From a virus, in the IMG/VR virus record IMGVR_UViG_3300045988_097708, positions 1 to 64,000 of that record: a stretch of DNA of 64,000 nt, one strand, 5' to 3'. The notes beneath the pieces are model-generated. The model was given only the letters and a program-made list of their open reading frames with translations, was not told where the DNA came from and did not search any database. A program made the translations under genes and the position numbers. Of this stretch, positions 43,905-52,381 are shown piece by piece (positions within the stretch are counted from its first letter, which is position 1; every line of letters begins with the position of its first letter).

Positions 43905-43965
43905 GAGAAATTTCCTCCTATTGTATAAATGGTGTATGATGTGAATGCGGGTATACGGGGTGTAA

Positions 43966-44769
43966 TCAATGCATACGGGAGGCGACAAGCTTGGCGCGGT
44001 AGGCGCGGACGATTCCCTCGTAAAACCAGCGCAGTTTCTTTTCCTGCGAGATGACGTGAAGTTTGCTTATACGGCGGCATTCGGCCACGGTAGCACCGCC
44101 GCGACGTATACGCGCTTGCAGATTTTTCTGCCGGACGCTGAGGTTGACACCACCCAGTTTTTCCAATTCGGCGTACATCTCACCGATGGTGGTATGGTAG
44201 TTGAGACCGTATTCCTCACACATCTGACGGATGGTGTGGTTGATGTCCTCTTTCCATTCCTCTGCATCGGAGGTAGAGGGACGGGTGATAGCAGAAAGTG
44301 TCTGGTTCACCATCGTGCGTGTTTCCTGCTGCTGGGTGGTCAGTTCAGCGATCTGCTTTGCCTGCTGCTTTTGCTGAAGCTCCATCTTGATGATGGCACG
44401 GGCCTCGTAGGACAGGGCGGAGAAGTCTGCCTCGGTCAGGCCCTGCTGCTGGGAGCGCAATTCCTGCTCCATGGCATTAAAGGCGTTGATGTACTTCATC
44501 TTCCACGTCAACGCTTCCTTGCCGGTAAAGCCCATAGCGAGGAGGGTGAAGCCGTCGCGGTTCATAAGGTACATGGGGTACTCCTGCCCATTCTGCGGGT
44601 GGATGTAGGTGGTTTTGAAGAACATGGGGGTATGCTCAAAATTGGGCAGACCCCCAATCAGATTCTCGATGTCACGTAGGACGTTCTTGTGTTCCTTGCC
44701 GAAGTGCTCCGCAATGTCGCGGCTGCTGGCAGTGGGCTGGCCGTTGCTGATGGTCAATAACTCATTCAT
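43966..44769 (-). CDS. Rha-family phage regulatory protein, copy 2
   Basis: MNELLTISNGQPTASSRDIAEHFGKEHKNVL; C-terminal half diverged from copy 1. Confidence 0.8.
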   Translation of the reverse strand: MNELLTISNGQPTASSRDIAEHFGKEHKNVLRDIENLIGGLPNFEHTPMFFKTTYIHPQNGQEYPMYLMNRDGFTLLAMGFTGKEALTWKMKYINAFNAMEQELRSQQQGLTEADFSALSYEARAIIKMELQQKQQAKQIAELTTQQQETRTMVNQTLSAITRPSTSDAEEWKEDINHTIRQMCEEYGLNYHTTIGEMYAELEKLGGVNLSVRQKNLQARIRRGGATVAECRRISKLHVISQEKKLRWFYEGIVRAYRAKLVASRMH

Positions 44770-44808
44770 GGTGTTTCTCCTTTCGGTTTATCTTTGGTAG
44801 TCAGCATA

Positions 44809-44835
44809 CTATACGCCGTGTCAAGGGATTCCGAG
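44809..44835 (-). promoter_or_regulatory. CCCTTGACACGG motif copy b, upstream of Rha copy 2
   Basis: Minus strand aatCCCTTGACACGGCGtatagt, about 45 nt upstream of the start codon. Confidence 0.5.
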
Positions 44836-44880
44836 GGTGGATTTCCAAAAATGGGTGCAAAAATCCCCTGCGGAAAGCTG

Positions 44881-44909
44881 TTGACTTTCGCAGGGGCGGC
44901 GTCTATAAT
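44881..44909 (+). promoter_or_regulatory. sigma-70 promoter TTGACT-17-TATAAT
   Basis: Seen directly; no ORF with an RBS downstream. Confidence 0.65.
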
Positions 44910-44915
44910 GAGATT

Positions 44916-44990
44916 TAGACGGCACCCGTGCGGTGCTGGCGGAAAGCGGAGCGCTGATCTTTGGTCGGATGGAGCGCTCTGCTTTTTATT
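44916..44990 (+). ncRNA. candidate about 75-nt sRNA (promoter + intrinsic terminator, no ORF)
   Basis: Starts about 7 nt after the -10; internal hairpin GGCACC/GGTGCT; terminator GAGCGC...GCGCTC + TGCTTTTTATTT; 3' end overlaps the stop of the convergent RHH gene. Confidence 0.5.
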
Positions 44991-45153
44991 TACCCGGAAG
45001 CAGCATGATGCCGTCGCGTATGCCCTCCGTGCGCTTCTTGCCGGTACGCTTGCAGTATTCGTCCAGAATTGCCAGCGTTTTATCGTCAAGGCGGACGTGG
45101 AGGGGGTTTGACTTCGGATTTTCGGCTTTCGGGCGTCCTGTGCGTGGACTCAA
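44986..45153 (-). CDS. ribbon-helix-helix (CopG-like) regulator, 55 aa
   Basis: TTG start after GAGGTGA; GRPKAENPKSNPLHVRLDDKTLAILDEYCKRTGKKRTEGIRDGI, a typical RHH pattern. Confidence 0.65.
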   Translation of the reverse strand: MSPRTGRPKAENPKSNPLHVRLDDKTLAILDEYCKRTGKKRTEGIRDGIMLLPGK

Positions 45154-45167
45154 ATTATTCACCTCAC

Positions 45168-45216
45168 TTTATGTAGCCCATAAACTAATTATAATTTATG
45201 TAGCCCAAAATGTCAA
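45168..45216 (-). promoter_or_regulatory. consensus promoter TTGACA-17-TATAAT flanked by two direct GGGCTACATAAA repeats
   Basis: -35 at 45211-45216, -10 at 45188-45193, repeats at 45168-45179 and 45195-45206 (plus-strand coordinates). Confidence 0.75.
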
Positions 45217-45255
45217 GAGAGATTTTCAAAAATTCAATGAAAGGGTGGAGTTTTG

Positions 45256-45489
45256 ATGTACAGGCCATTCTCGTTTGGATTCAGAAACCGCGCAAATCCA
45301 GCCAAAAGGGGGCAGCAGACCTGCAAGATGTGCGCCAGAAATGAATATTGCACCTATAACAGACGCGGAAATCATAGCAACTGCTTTGTCCCGATTGGGG
45401 GTCGGCCGTCTGGTTGCATGGTGCCGGTCATCTTGGCAATCTCGATTCCAACTGTTGCTGCCGCCGCTGTAAAATGGATGTTCCTATGA
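45256..45489 (+). CDS. hypothetical small protein with C-terminal TM helix
   Basis: AAGGGTGGAG RBS; CxxC; hydrophobic C-terminus; followed by a terminator. Confidence 0.45.
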   Translation: MYRPFSFGFRNRANPAKRGQQTCKMCARNEYCTYNRRGNHSNCFVPIGGRPSGCMVPVILAISIPTVAAAAVKWMFL

Positions 45490-45494
45490 AGCAA

Positions 45495-45524
45495 AACCCG
45501 CGCGGCTGAGGTTGCGCGGGCTTT
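45495..45524. terminator. bidirectional terminator CCCGCGC / GCGCGGG
   Basis: Seen directly; U-run on the minus-strand side. Confidence 0.65.
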
Positions 45525-45527
45525 ATG

Positions 45528-46658
45528 TTAGTCATCGTCTACCCACATCCAGTCCCAGGTGCCGGTTTCGGAATTGTATTGGCAAACATACTTTTGCTTC
45601 TTTTTGGGTGTTGAGTCCTTCTCCTGCGTTTGCTCACCGCCGGAGGGTGCGGCCCATTCCCACTGACCTGTTTCGGAGTTGTAAATGCGAACTGTTCGCT
45701 CCTGATCCTTAGAATCGACCGTGGTGTCATCAGAGACATCCCCGCCGATGTCATCGGGGGTAATGTCGGTGTAGGTATCGTCTGGAAGCGAGATACTTTC
45801 GGGATATACAGTGTCTGGAATCGTGTAGGTAGTTTTGGCGGTTGAAGATGTGGTGGCATTCCGTATGCGGACCTCAGTAGAGGAAAGCACTTTCCCTGCG
45901 TGAGAAAATGTAATGGTGATCCACCCATATCTTAATGTGCCGATACCGGATTCCCAACAAACATAAGCAGATTCGCCGTCTTTCAACTTGTAAGGAAGTG
46001 TTTCGTAGTCAGAATCCCACGGAAATCCTGCCTGCTTGGTATTCGCTGAAACATAATAATCAACGCGATACTGAATGTCTATTTCTTCATCCGGTTTTCC
46101 ACCGCTTACCTCTATGTAAAAATACAGAGGGTCATCTGTCCGGAAGTCCGTCGTACTTGGATAGCCGTTTTCACAGCGTGTCGCATAAGAAACGCCGGTC
46201 CACTTGTAGACCTCATCGGAGAGCAAGCTGCTGTTTGGATAGTCTGCCTCGATCAGGCACTCGAGATATTCCAATGTGGTTGGATTGCGCCTGTCTCGGT
46301 TTTTATCGGCGTATTGATACCGCGCATCCAATGCTTTCTGCACAGAGTCTTTATAGTTTCCCAGTTCGTCAAAGGCCAGTACAGCTTGCGGATAGTACCC
46401 TTTATCGAAAAGGGCTTTGGCAGCATTGTAAGACTTCAATTTCAGAAAATAGGGAATAAAGATCGCACATAGGACAATGAAAATGGCTATGACAGAGATC
46501 CCCGCGATTCGTATGGCGTTCTTTCTCTTCTTTTGTTGCTGGGAAGCCATTTGCTCCAGTTCTGCATCGGTATAACGAGGATCCTTGCCGCACTGGGGGC
46601 ATAATGTGGCCTGATTGCTGACGCTGTGGCCACAGTGAGGGCAAGCCTTGAGGGCCAT
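45528..46658 (-). CDS. zinc-ribbon membrane protein with TPR-like segment and C-terminal TMP-like repeats
   Basis: CPHCG..CPQCG, one TM helix, low-GC codon usage; C-terminal ERTVRIYNSETGQWEW and QYNSETGTWDW. Confidence 0.75.
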   Translation of the reverse strand: MALKACPHCGHSVSNQATLCPQCGKDPRYTDAELEQMASQQQKKRKNAIRIAGISVIAIFIVLCAIFIPYFLKLKSYNAAKALFDKGYYPQAVLAFDELGNYKDSVQKALDARYQYADKNRDRRNPTTLEYLECLIEADYPNSSLLSDEVYKWTGVSYATRCENGYPSTTDFRTDDPLYFYIEVSGGKPDEEIDIQYRVDYYVSANTKQAGFPWDSDYETLPYKLKDGESAYVCWESGIGTLRYGWITITFSHAGKVLSSTEVRIRNATTSSTAKTTYTIPDTVYPESISLPDDTYTDITPDDIGGDVSDDTTVDSKDQERTVRIYNSETGQWEWAAPSGGEQTQEKDSTPKKKQKYVCQYNSETGTWDWMWVDDD

Positions 46659-47332
46659 TACTGCTGCGCCTCCTTCTTTTCGCTGAGCTGTTCCAGATTT
46701 ACGCGGACCGCATGGAGATCAAGCAGCAGTTTGGATGCGGCGTAAAACATAGCACCGGAGACAAAGCAGCTGACCGCCGCGATAGCGAAGGTAACGAAAT
46801 TGAAATAGGACTCTGTGTAGGTGTAATAATACCCCACTGTATGGGTTTGGATGGACAGGAGGATAGAGCCGATGCCGCCGGCTATCCAGATGATCCACGC
46901 GAAGACGTCCATCAGTTTAGAAGCGGTGGTCTTGTAACGGTCATCAGGAGTCTTGGGGAGCGCCGCAGCCGCTGCGGCTTCCTTGGCAAGATTTTCCTTG
47001 CGCTCCTGGTCCTCCTGTTCCCGCTTGGCACCGTAGATCGTGGCAGCTGGGCAGCCGCAGCTGGGACACATTCCTTTGGCGGTGATCTGCGGGGACGTTA
47101 TCGCTGCGCCGCATTCAGGACAGGTGTAGGTTTCCGCGCCTGCCGCTGCTGTCGGCTCCGGCTTTGCTTTTTGCGGAGGAGAGGAATCCTTCGTAGGTGC
47201 TTTCTTTGCCTCCGGTTCCGCTGTTCCCAACACTTCACTTGCCGGAAGGCCGCAATAGGGACACGCATTGCGCCTTTTGACAAATTCATCCTGTACGCTG
47301 TTGCCGCATTTAGGACAGGTGACGATCTTCAT
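46658..47332 (-). CDS. double zinc-ribbon membrane protein
   Basis: CPKCG..CPYCG and CPECG..CPSCGC, two C-terminal TM helices; start/stop overlap with the downstream gene. Confidence 0.7.
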   Translation of the reverse strand: MKIVTCPKCGNSVQDEFVKRRNACPYCGLPASEVLGTAEPEAKKAPTKDSSPPQKAKPEPTAAAGAETYTCPECGAAITSPQITAKGMCPSCGCPAATIYGAKREQEDQERKENLAKEAAAAAALPKTPDDRYKTTASKLMDVFAWIIWIAGGIGSILLSIQTHTVGYYYTYTESYFNFVTFAIAAVSCFVSGAMFYAASKLLLDLHAVRVNLEQLSEKKEAQQ

Positions 47333-47383
47333 TTTGCTCTCCTTTCCGTTTTTTGTGGGATTTTCAATGTGCGCCGTTCGCGC

Positions 47384-47441
47384 AAAAAAGGGGAAACGCG
47401 CCCACGCTCGGCGGGTGGTAGTATTTGTCGAGCGTGGGCGC
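47384..47441 (-). terminator. strong intrinsic terminator (13-bp stem GCGCCCACGCTCG + U-run)
   Basis: Seen directly on the minus strand, upstream of the moron. Confidence 0.8.
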
Positions 47442-47474
47442 GGGGTGCGCGTGTCGATGGGGCTGCTGTTCGGG

Positions 47475-48011
47475 TCAATCCCAGAGGTGGGATTCGCAGT
47501 AAGCCGCCCACTCGCTTTTCATGGTGTGGATGGCCTGTTCGTGGTTTTCACCGTTGATGATCGCCTCCAGCGCTTTCATGCCGGCTGCGGATTTTGCATC
47601 GTTTTCGGACGCCGCGAAATCCTGCGCGTCCAGATACGCCTTGGCGCGGGGGTATTGGGCGTACATGGCGTCCATGTCGTACTTCGGCTTTGGGCAGACA
47701 CCCACGCCGCCGCCGTTCTCGCCGTCGAAGCTGGCATCAAATTCCAGTTTCCAATTTACCAGATCGGCGCGGGCGGCTTCGATCTCCCGCAGTCCGGGAA
47801 TGGCGTCGATTTTTGCCTGCCGTTCCTGTTCGGCGCGGAGGCCAGCTTCGCGCTGCGCCAGCAGGTCGGAGACGATCTCCGGCTTTGCGGCTTTGATGGC
47901 GGCAAGAGCCGCTTTGTCGGCGCGGTACACAACCAGATTCCCAGTGGGTTGGCCGTGCTCGTCGATTTTCAGGGCAATTTTGTATCGCTGGATCAGATCC
48001 TGCGTGTTCAC
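47475..48011 (-). CDS. hypothetical protein (178 aa)
   Basis: GTG 48011 after GAGAGGAGGTG, overlapping the upstream stop (GTGA); the longer ORF-track form is Arg-rich junk. Confidence 0.6.
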   Translation of the reverse strand: MNTQDLIQRYKIALKIDEHGQPTGNLVVYRADKAALAAIKAAKPEIVSDLLAQREAGLRAEQERQAKIDAIPGLREIEAARADLVNWKLEFDASFDGENGGGVGVCPKPKYDMDAMYAQYPRAKAYLDAQDFAASENDAKSAAGMKALEAIINGENHEQAIHTMKSEWAAYCESHLWD

Positions 48012-48328
48012 GCTTGCACACCTCCTCTCAAATATGCGGCGTTCTCGCGCTCGTTCCGCTCGTCCTCCGTCAGGGTGTTGTCGATCATGTCCGCGATCTG
48101 CTGCGGGGTCTTGAAGCGGGTGGCGAGGCCGACCTTGGTAACGTCCTCGTCGTGATAGACTGTCCACTCCTCACGGTCCCAGTGATACTTACACCAGGCA
48201 TCGCCGGTGTACTTGTCATAAAAGATTTCCACATACTCCCCCGTGCGGGAGCCGAGACCCTTGGTGGAGTCGGAGGCGTTGGCCAACGTTTCCAAATTGA
48301 TGTTCCGCCCGTGGGTGTTGATGTCCAT
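48008..48328 (-). CDS. hypothetical protein
   Basis: GAGGAGGAA RBS; promoter 48363-48391. Confidence 0.65.
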   Translation of the reverse strand: MDINTHGRNINLETLANASDSTKGLGSRTGEYVEIFYDKYTGDAWCKYHWDREEWTVYHDEDVTKVGLATRFKTPQQIADMIDNTLTEDERNERENAAYLRGGVQA

Positions 48329-48362
48329 GTTCTGTTCCTCCTCAAAAATTTACTTTTGCTTA

Positions 48363-48391
48363 ATTTTATCACGGTTTTGCCGGGGGTGCAA
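48363..48391 (-). promoter_or_regulatory. promoter TTGCAC-17-TAAAAT
   Basis: Seen directly on the minus strand. Confidence 0.6.
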
Positions 48392-48414
48392 CGGGGAGTT
48401 TCCAGCGGCGGGTG

Positions 48415-48603
48415 TCAGATAGCACCGGATTGCTCCAACTTCGCCTTTAGTTCTGCATTTTCTGCACGCAGGGATTCTATGCAGACGGTCTTGCGGTCGA
48501 TCTTGCGGGCAAGGCCATCAAAGGCCTGTGCAAATGCACAAGGGAGTTCGCCGTAGCAGTTGTCGCGGCAGGTCTTTTTGTAGGGGCAGAATTTGTTTTT
48601 CAT
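48415..48603 (-). CDS. small Cys-rich coiled-coil protein
   Basis: ORF track; overlaps the upstream gene by ATGA. Confidence 0.55.
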   Translation of the reverse strand: MKNKFCPYKKTCRDNCYGELPCAFAQAFDGLARKIDRKTVCIESLRAENAELKAKLEQSGAI

Positions 48604-49346
48604 TCCTGTTCCTCCTGTTCGTCGGTGTTGCGGCGGTGTACTTGCTGGATGGGCATGATGAGTGCGTCACCGTCCGGGCTGTGGAAATAGACTAAGGACC
48701 GCTCACCGGGGCGGCAGGCGGCGGTGCAGCCCGGAAGCGCCTCCAGAATGTCCAGCAGATAAAGTGCGTTGACCATTGGCAGGCCGTCGCCCCAGCTGAA
48801 GCAGGTGGAAAGCGTGTCCCCTGCGGGGTGGGACTCGGCCTTGTATTTTGCCCGGTCGCTGGCGATCTTGGCGCGTACCTCGGCGGCAGTTGGTAGGTTG
48901 AGGGTGATGGTGGTGCCGTCGCTGTTCAGCAGCTCCGGTATGGTGTCGTAGACGTGAGGGTCGTTGGGCGGCGGCGCCCATTGCAGCGCGGTGGAGGGCG
49001 TGTTCAAGCGCAGGAGGGTAAAGCCGTCCGTGATGCACTGGCGGCCCTGTTCGTCCAGAAACGCGCCGGCGAAATGGGGACGGATCCATCCCTGCTTGGA
49101 AACAGAGGCGTTGTACAGGCACCGCAAGGCGGCGTCTCTGGTGCGGCGCTTGTTGTCCCGCTTGTATTGCTGGGCCATGTCGGTACGGATGGCGCGGATC
49201 AGGAGCGCCAGCTGGTGGCCGGCGTTGATCTCGCCGTGGGTGTTCGGGTCGATGGCGGGTTCCATGGCGCAGAAAAAGCGGCGTTCCTGTTCCGGGAGGG
49301 AATAGGCTATGGCGTAGAGGTTTTCCAAAAGCTTTTCGGGGGTCAT
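48600..49346 (-). CDS. hypothetical protein
   Basis: ORF track, AAAGGAG RBS. Confidence 0.6.
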   Translation of the reverse strand: MTPEKLLENLYAIAYSLPEQERRFFCAMEPAIDPNTHGEINAGHQLALLIRAIRTDMAQQYKRDNKRRTRDAALRCLYNASVSKQGWIRPHFAGAFLDEQGRQCITDGFTLLRLNTPSTALQWAPPPNDPHVYDTIPELLNSDGTTITLNLPTAAEVRAKIASDRAKYKAESHPAGDTLSTCFSWGDGLPMVNALYLLDILEALPGCTAACRPGERSLVYFHSPDGDALIMPIQQVHRRNTDEQEEQE

Positions 49347-49376
49347 GGTGTGGTGCTCCTTTCGTGTGGTGTTCGC

Positions 49377-51275
49377 TCACATTCCGGGCAGCGCCATGAG
49401 GGCGCTGCCGGAGGTGATGAGCATGGACGGGTCGGCGATGGTCTTTTCGTAGCTGTCCGCACCCTGGAAGTCGTCAATGACGGCCTGTTCTTCGGTGGTC
49501 ATGTCGGCGTAGTGCTTTTTGCCGTAGGTGGGCGGCAGCCAGTTCTTTTTCTGACCGGCAAAGATGTTCAGACGGTCGATGATGCGGGACGCCTCCGGCT
49601 TAAATTTGATGTGGCAGGTGCCCTTTTTGTAGAAGGTGCAGGTAAAGTAGGTGAAATCCGCCTTGTTGGTGTAGTCGGCGTTGGCGATGCGGATGGCGTT
49701 GCCTATGGGCGTGTGGAACGAGGTTTCGCCTCTGTCCAGATAGTTCATAGCGCGTTCCAGATCGGAGATCAGGCTGTTCACCCGGTAGCTGTCCAGCTTT
49801 TCTCGGCCCCAGCTGGCGTGGCAGCCGTTGGAGGGGATGATGACCTTCATGCCCACCTTGTGGGCCTTGTTCGTCGCCCAGCCGTTGTAGTAATGGATGT
49901 TGTTGGCGCACTCCGGGTACCAGGAGTGCTTGGCGGAGAAGGTGTCAAACAGATCAAGGATGGAATCCTCGACGCCGCGGGAGAGCTGGTGGGCGATCTC
50001 CCGCATGACGGTTTCGATGTTGTACCGGGAGAAATCGTACTCGGAAAGAGAATCGACCTTGCTGGAATAGTCCTGCTGCATGGCAGAGGTCATTTTGTCG
50101 GTGAGTTCCGGGCGGCGCAGGAGATTGCTCCAATACTTGGCGCGGAGACCGAAAAGGTAGCTGTTCAGGATAGTGGCGTTGTTGCCGGGGTTCTTGACGC
50201 CGACCTCCAGCGACAAAAGGGGCTTTGAGTATTTTTCGCCACTTTCAAAAAAGGGGCGCAGGGCGTTAAATTCGCCTATGAGCTTTTCACCCAATTTTGC
50301 TTCAAATTCAAAGCCATCGATCATGTTCTGCAGCCAGTCGGCGGAGGCAAGGTCGGTGGTCTGTTCGCTGCTTGAAGTGCTCTTTTCGTGGGCGCGGCGG
50401 AGGGAGGAAAGAATGTCGCTGGGGATTTCTTTTTTCGGTATGTTCACATAGACCAGCGCGATCTCTACGTCGGTGGGGCGCTGGGCATGGACAAATGCAT
50501 TTTCGATAAATTCAATGCGGGCGTTGTGTTCGTGCAGTTTCTGCACAAGCACTTTTCGCCGATTGGTGTAGGGATTGCGGATGGTTTCCGCGTTCAGCAG
50601 ACACACGATCTGACCGCCGCGCTCCATGAGGGAGAGGGCGTGCAAAAGGTGTTCGTCGCCGCTGTCAAAAGGCGGATTCATGATGCAGAGGTCGTACTGC
50701 TTGAAGCTGCGGAAGGTGAGAAAATCATCGTGGACCACGTGCAGCCCCTTGCCGCGCAGGAGGGCGGCAAGGTCGCTGTCGCGCTCGATGCAGTCTATGT
50801 AGGTGTCGTTCTCGTTGAAGGATATACGGTGGCCGTTCCTGTAGTTGCGGGCGAAAGCGGTAACGGCATCGGCAAGGTCGCCTTTACCGGCGGAGGGTTC
50901 GAGGATAGAAAAAACATTTTTCCAGTCCACGCAGGAGAGCATTTTCCCAGCCAGCTTGGAGGGCGTGGGGTAAAAGCCGCTGTTGTCGAAGGACGGCAGG
51001 CGGCGGAGATCGGCGGCGCGGCTGTTCGCTGCTGAGGCGGCTACGGCGGCGCTGTGGTCGCTGTACCAGTCGCGGATCTTCTTTTTCGCCCCGGCGATGG
51101 TGGAGGCGCGCCCCAGGTAGTCGCCGCGGTCGTCATCTCCGATGGTGGAGCTGACAATATATTCCGTGTTGCCGTAGTAAGAACTGGCCTTGATGGTGGC
51201 GATCTCGGCGTCGTGGGCGGAAACGGCAATGTGTTCATCTCCATAACGGTTTTTCTTGGTGGCGTAGGTAAACAT
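49377..51275 (-). CDS. N6-adenine DNA methyltransferase with large C-terminal domain
   Basis: ILEPSAGKGDL (AdoMet motif I) and CIMNPPF (motif IV NPPF); 632 aa. Confidence 0.8.
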   Translation of the reverse strand: MFTYATKKNRYGDEHIAVSAHDAEIATIKASSYYGNTEYIVSSTIGDDDRGDYLGRASTIAGAKKKIRDWYSDHSAAVAASAANSRAADLRRLPSFDNSGFYPTPSKLAGKMLSCVDWKNVFSILEPSAGKGDLADAVTAFARNYRNGHRISFNENDTYIDCIERDSDLAALLRGKGLHVVHDDFLTFRSFKQYDLCIMNPPFDSGDEHLLHALSLMERGGQIVCLLNAETIRNPYTNRRKVLVQKLHEHNARIEFIENAFVHAQRPTDVEIALVYVNIPKKEIPSDILSSLRRAHEKSTSSSEQTTDLASADWLQNMIDGFEFEAKLGEKLIGEFNALRPFFESGEKYSKPLLSLEVGVKNPGNNATILNSYLFGLRAKYWSNLLRRPELTDKMTSAMQQDYSSKVDSLSEYDFSRYNIETVMREIAHQLSRGVEDSILDLFDTFSAKHSWYPECANNIHYYNGWATNKAHKVGMKVIIPSNGCHASWGREKLDSYRVNSLISDLERAMNYLDRGETSFHTPIGNAIRIANADYTNKADFTYFTCTFYKKGTCHIKFKPEASRIIDRLNIFAGQKKNWLPPTYGKKHYADMTTEEQAVIDDFQGADSYEKTIADPSMLITSGSALMALPGM

Positions 51276-51311
51276 GGGCGGTGGCCTCCTTGTGAATTTT
51301 TGGTTTGGTGT

Positions 51312-51533
51312 TCAGGCGGTGAGGGCGTCGCGCTGGGCGATGAGCGCGGCCAGCTCGGCGGTGTGGAGGGTGCGGCGGTGCTGTTCAATACAGTTGTTCG
51401 CCGCCTGACAGACGCGCTTTCGCTGTTCGGCGTTGAGGTACGGCGCGGCGGTGCGGAGGGCGGCAGCGGCGGAGAGGAGCTGCTGGCGCTCCTGCTCCGT
51501 GGCCGCGGTGTGGGTCTTGATCCGTGTGGGCAT
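51312..51533 (-). CDS. hypothetical 73-aa protein
   Basis: GAAAGGAG RBS before the internal ATG of ORF 51312-51680. Confidence 0.55.
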   Translation of the reverse strand: MPTRIKTHTAATEQERQQLLSAAAALRTAAPYLNAEQRKRVCQAANNCIEQHRRTLHTAELAALIAQRDALTA

Positions 51534-51550
51534 GGGGGCTCCTTTCTTCG

Positions 51551-52381
51551 TCAGGTGCGCCGCTGGGGCGCGGTGCGGTAGGCGGTGCCGTTCTTGGTCT
51601 CGCCCTGGTCGATCTTGCCGGTGTTCACAAGAGCGGTGAACATTTGGCGGATCACCTGCTCGGTGATGTCGCCGGTGCAATGGCCGTTCTGGCCGTCCAG
51701 GCGCTGGACGTGGAATTTGCTGATGACCACGGGCAGGGCGTTGTAGTCGAATTTATAGAGGTTGCGCCGGGGCGTTTTGAACGCTTCCAGCAGGGCGGCG
51801 TTGATGTCGCCGCGCTTGCTGTTCAGATAGCCCCGGTACTGCTGCGCCGTCCAGTTGTAGGCGGTCTCGTAGATGTCGGTGGCGTAGTGCTGGAAAGTGC
51901 AGCCGTGTTCCAGCGCGGCGGAAACGGCAGGGATCAATTCCTCGGTGACGTAGCCGCTGACCTCCTGCGGGTGGATATAAAGGGAGCTGTTCCCGTTGGC
52001 GACGGTGGCACCGTTGCCGTTCCGGTACGGCTGGGTGATGGTCCAGCCCTCGGCGGCGAACAGACCCAGAATGTCGCTGTAGAAATTCTCGGTCTTGTCC
52101 TGGTCCATTCCCTTACCCCATACATAACCGGAGTTCAGGCGGAAATAGACGTGCTTATAGGGGGTATCGTCGCGCTGTTCGCTGTTTTCCTGGCGGCGCT
52201 GTTCGGCGTAGGCTTCCAGCTCGTCCAGGCTGTGGCGGATGGCGGAAAGGGCGTTGGTAGCGGTGTCGCTGGTGGGGTCGCCGGTGATAACGTCTTTCAA
52301 AACGGCGGCATTGGCGGCGATGGCGTCGCAGTGGGTGCGGGCGGCGGCCGCCTCCGGGATGGGATACTTGATGGTGGACAT
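51551..52381 (-). CDS. hypothetical protein
   Basis: ORF track, AAGGAGAAA RBS. Confidence 0.6.
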   Translation of the reverse strand: MSTIKYPIPEAAAARTHCDAIAANAAVLKDVITGDPTSDTATNALSAIRHSLDELEAYAEQRRQENSEQRDDTPYKHVYFRLNSGYVWGKGMDQDKTENFYSDILGLFAAEGWTITQPYRNGNGATVANGNSSLYIHPQEVSGYVTEELIPAVSAALEHGCTFQHYATDIYETAYNWTAQQYRGYLNSKRGDINAALLEAFKTPRRNLYKFDYNALPVVISKFHVQRLDGQNGHCTGDITEQVIRQMFTALVNTGKIDQGETKNGTAYRTAPQRRT

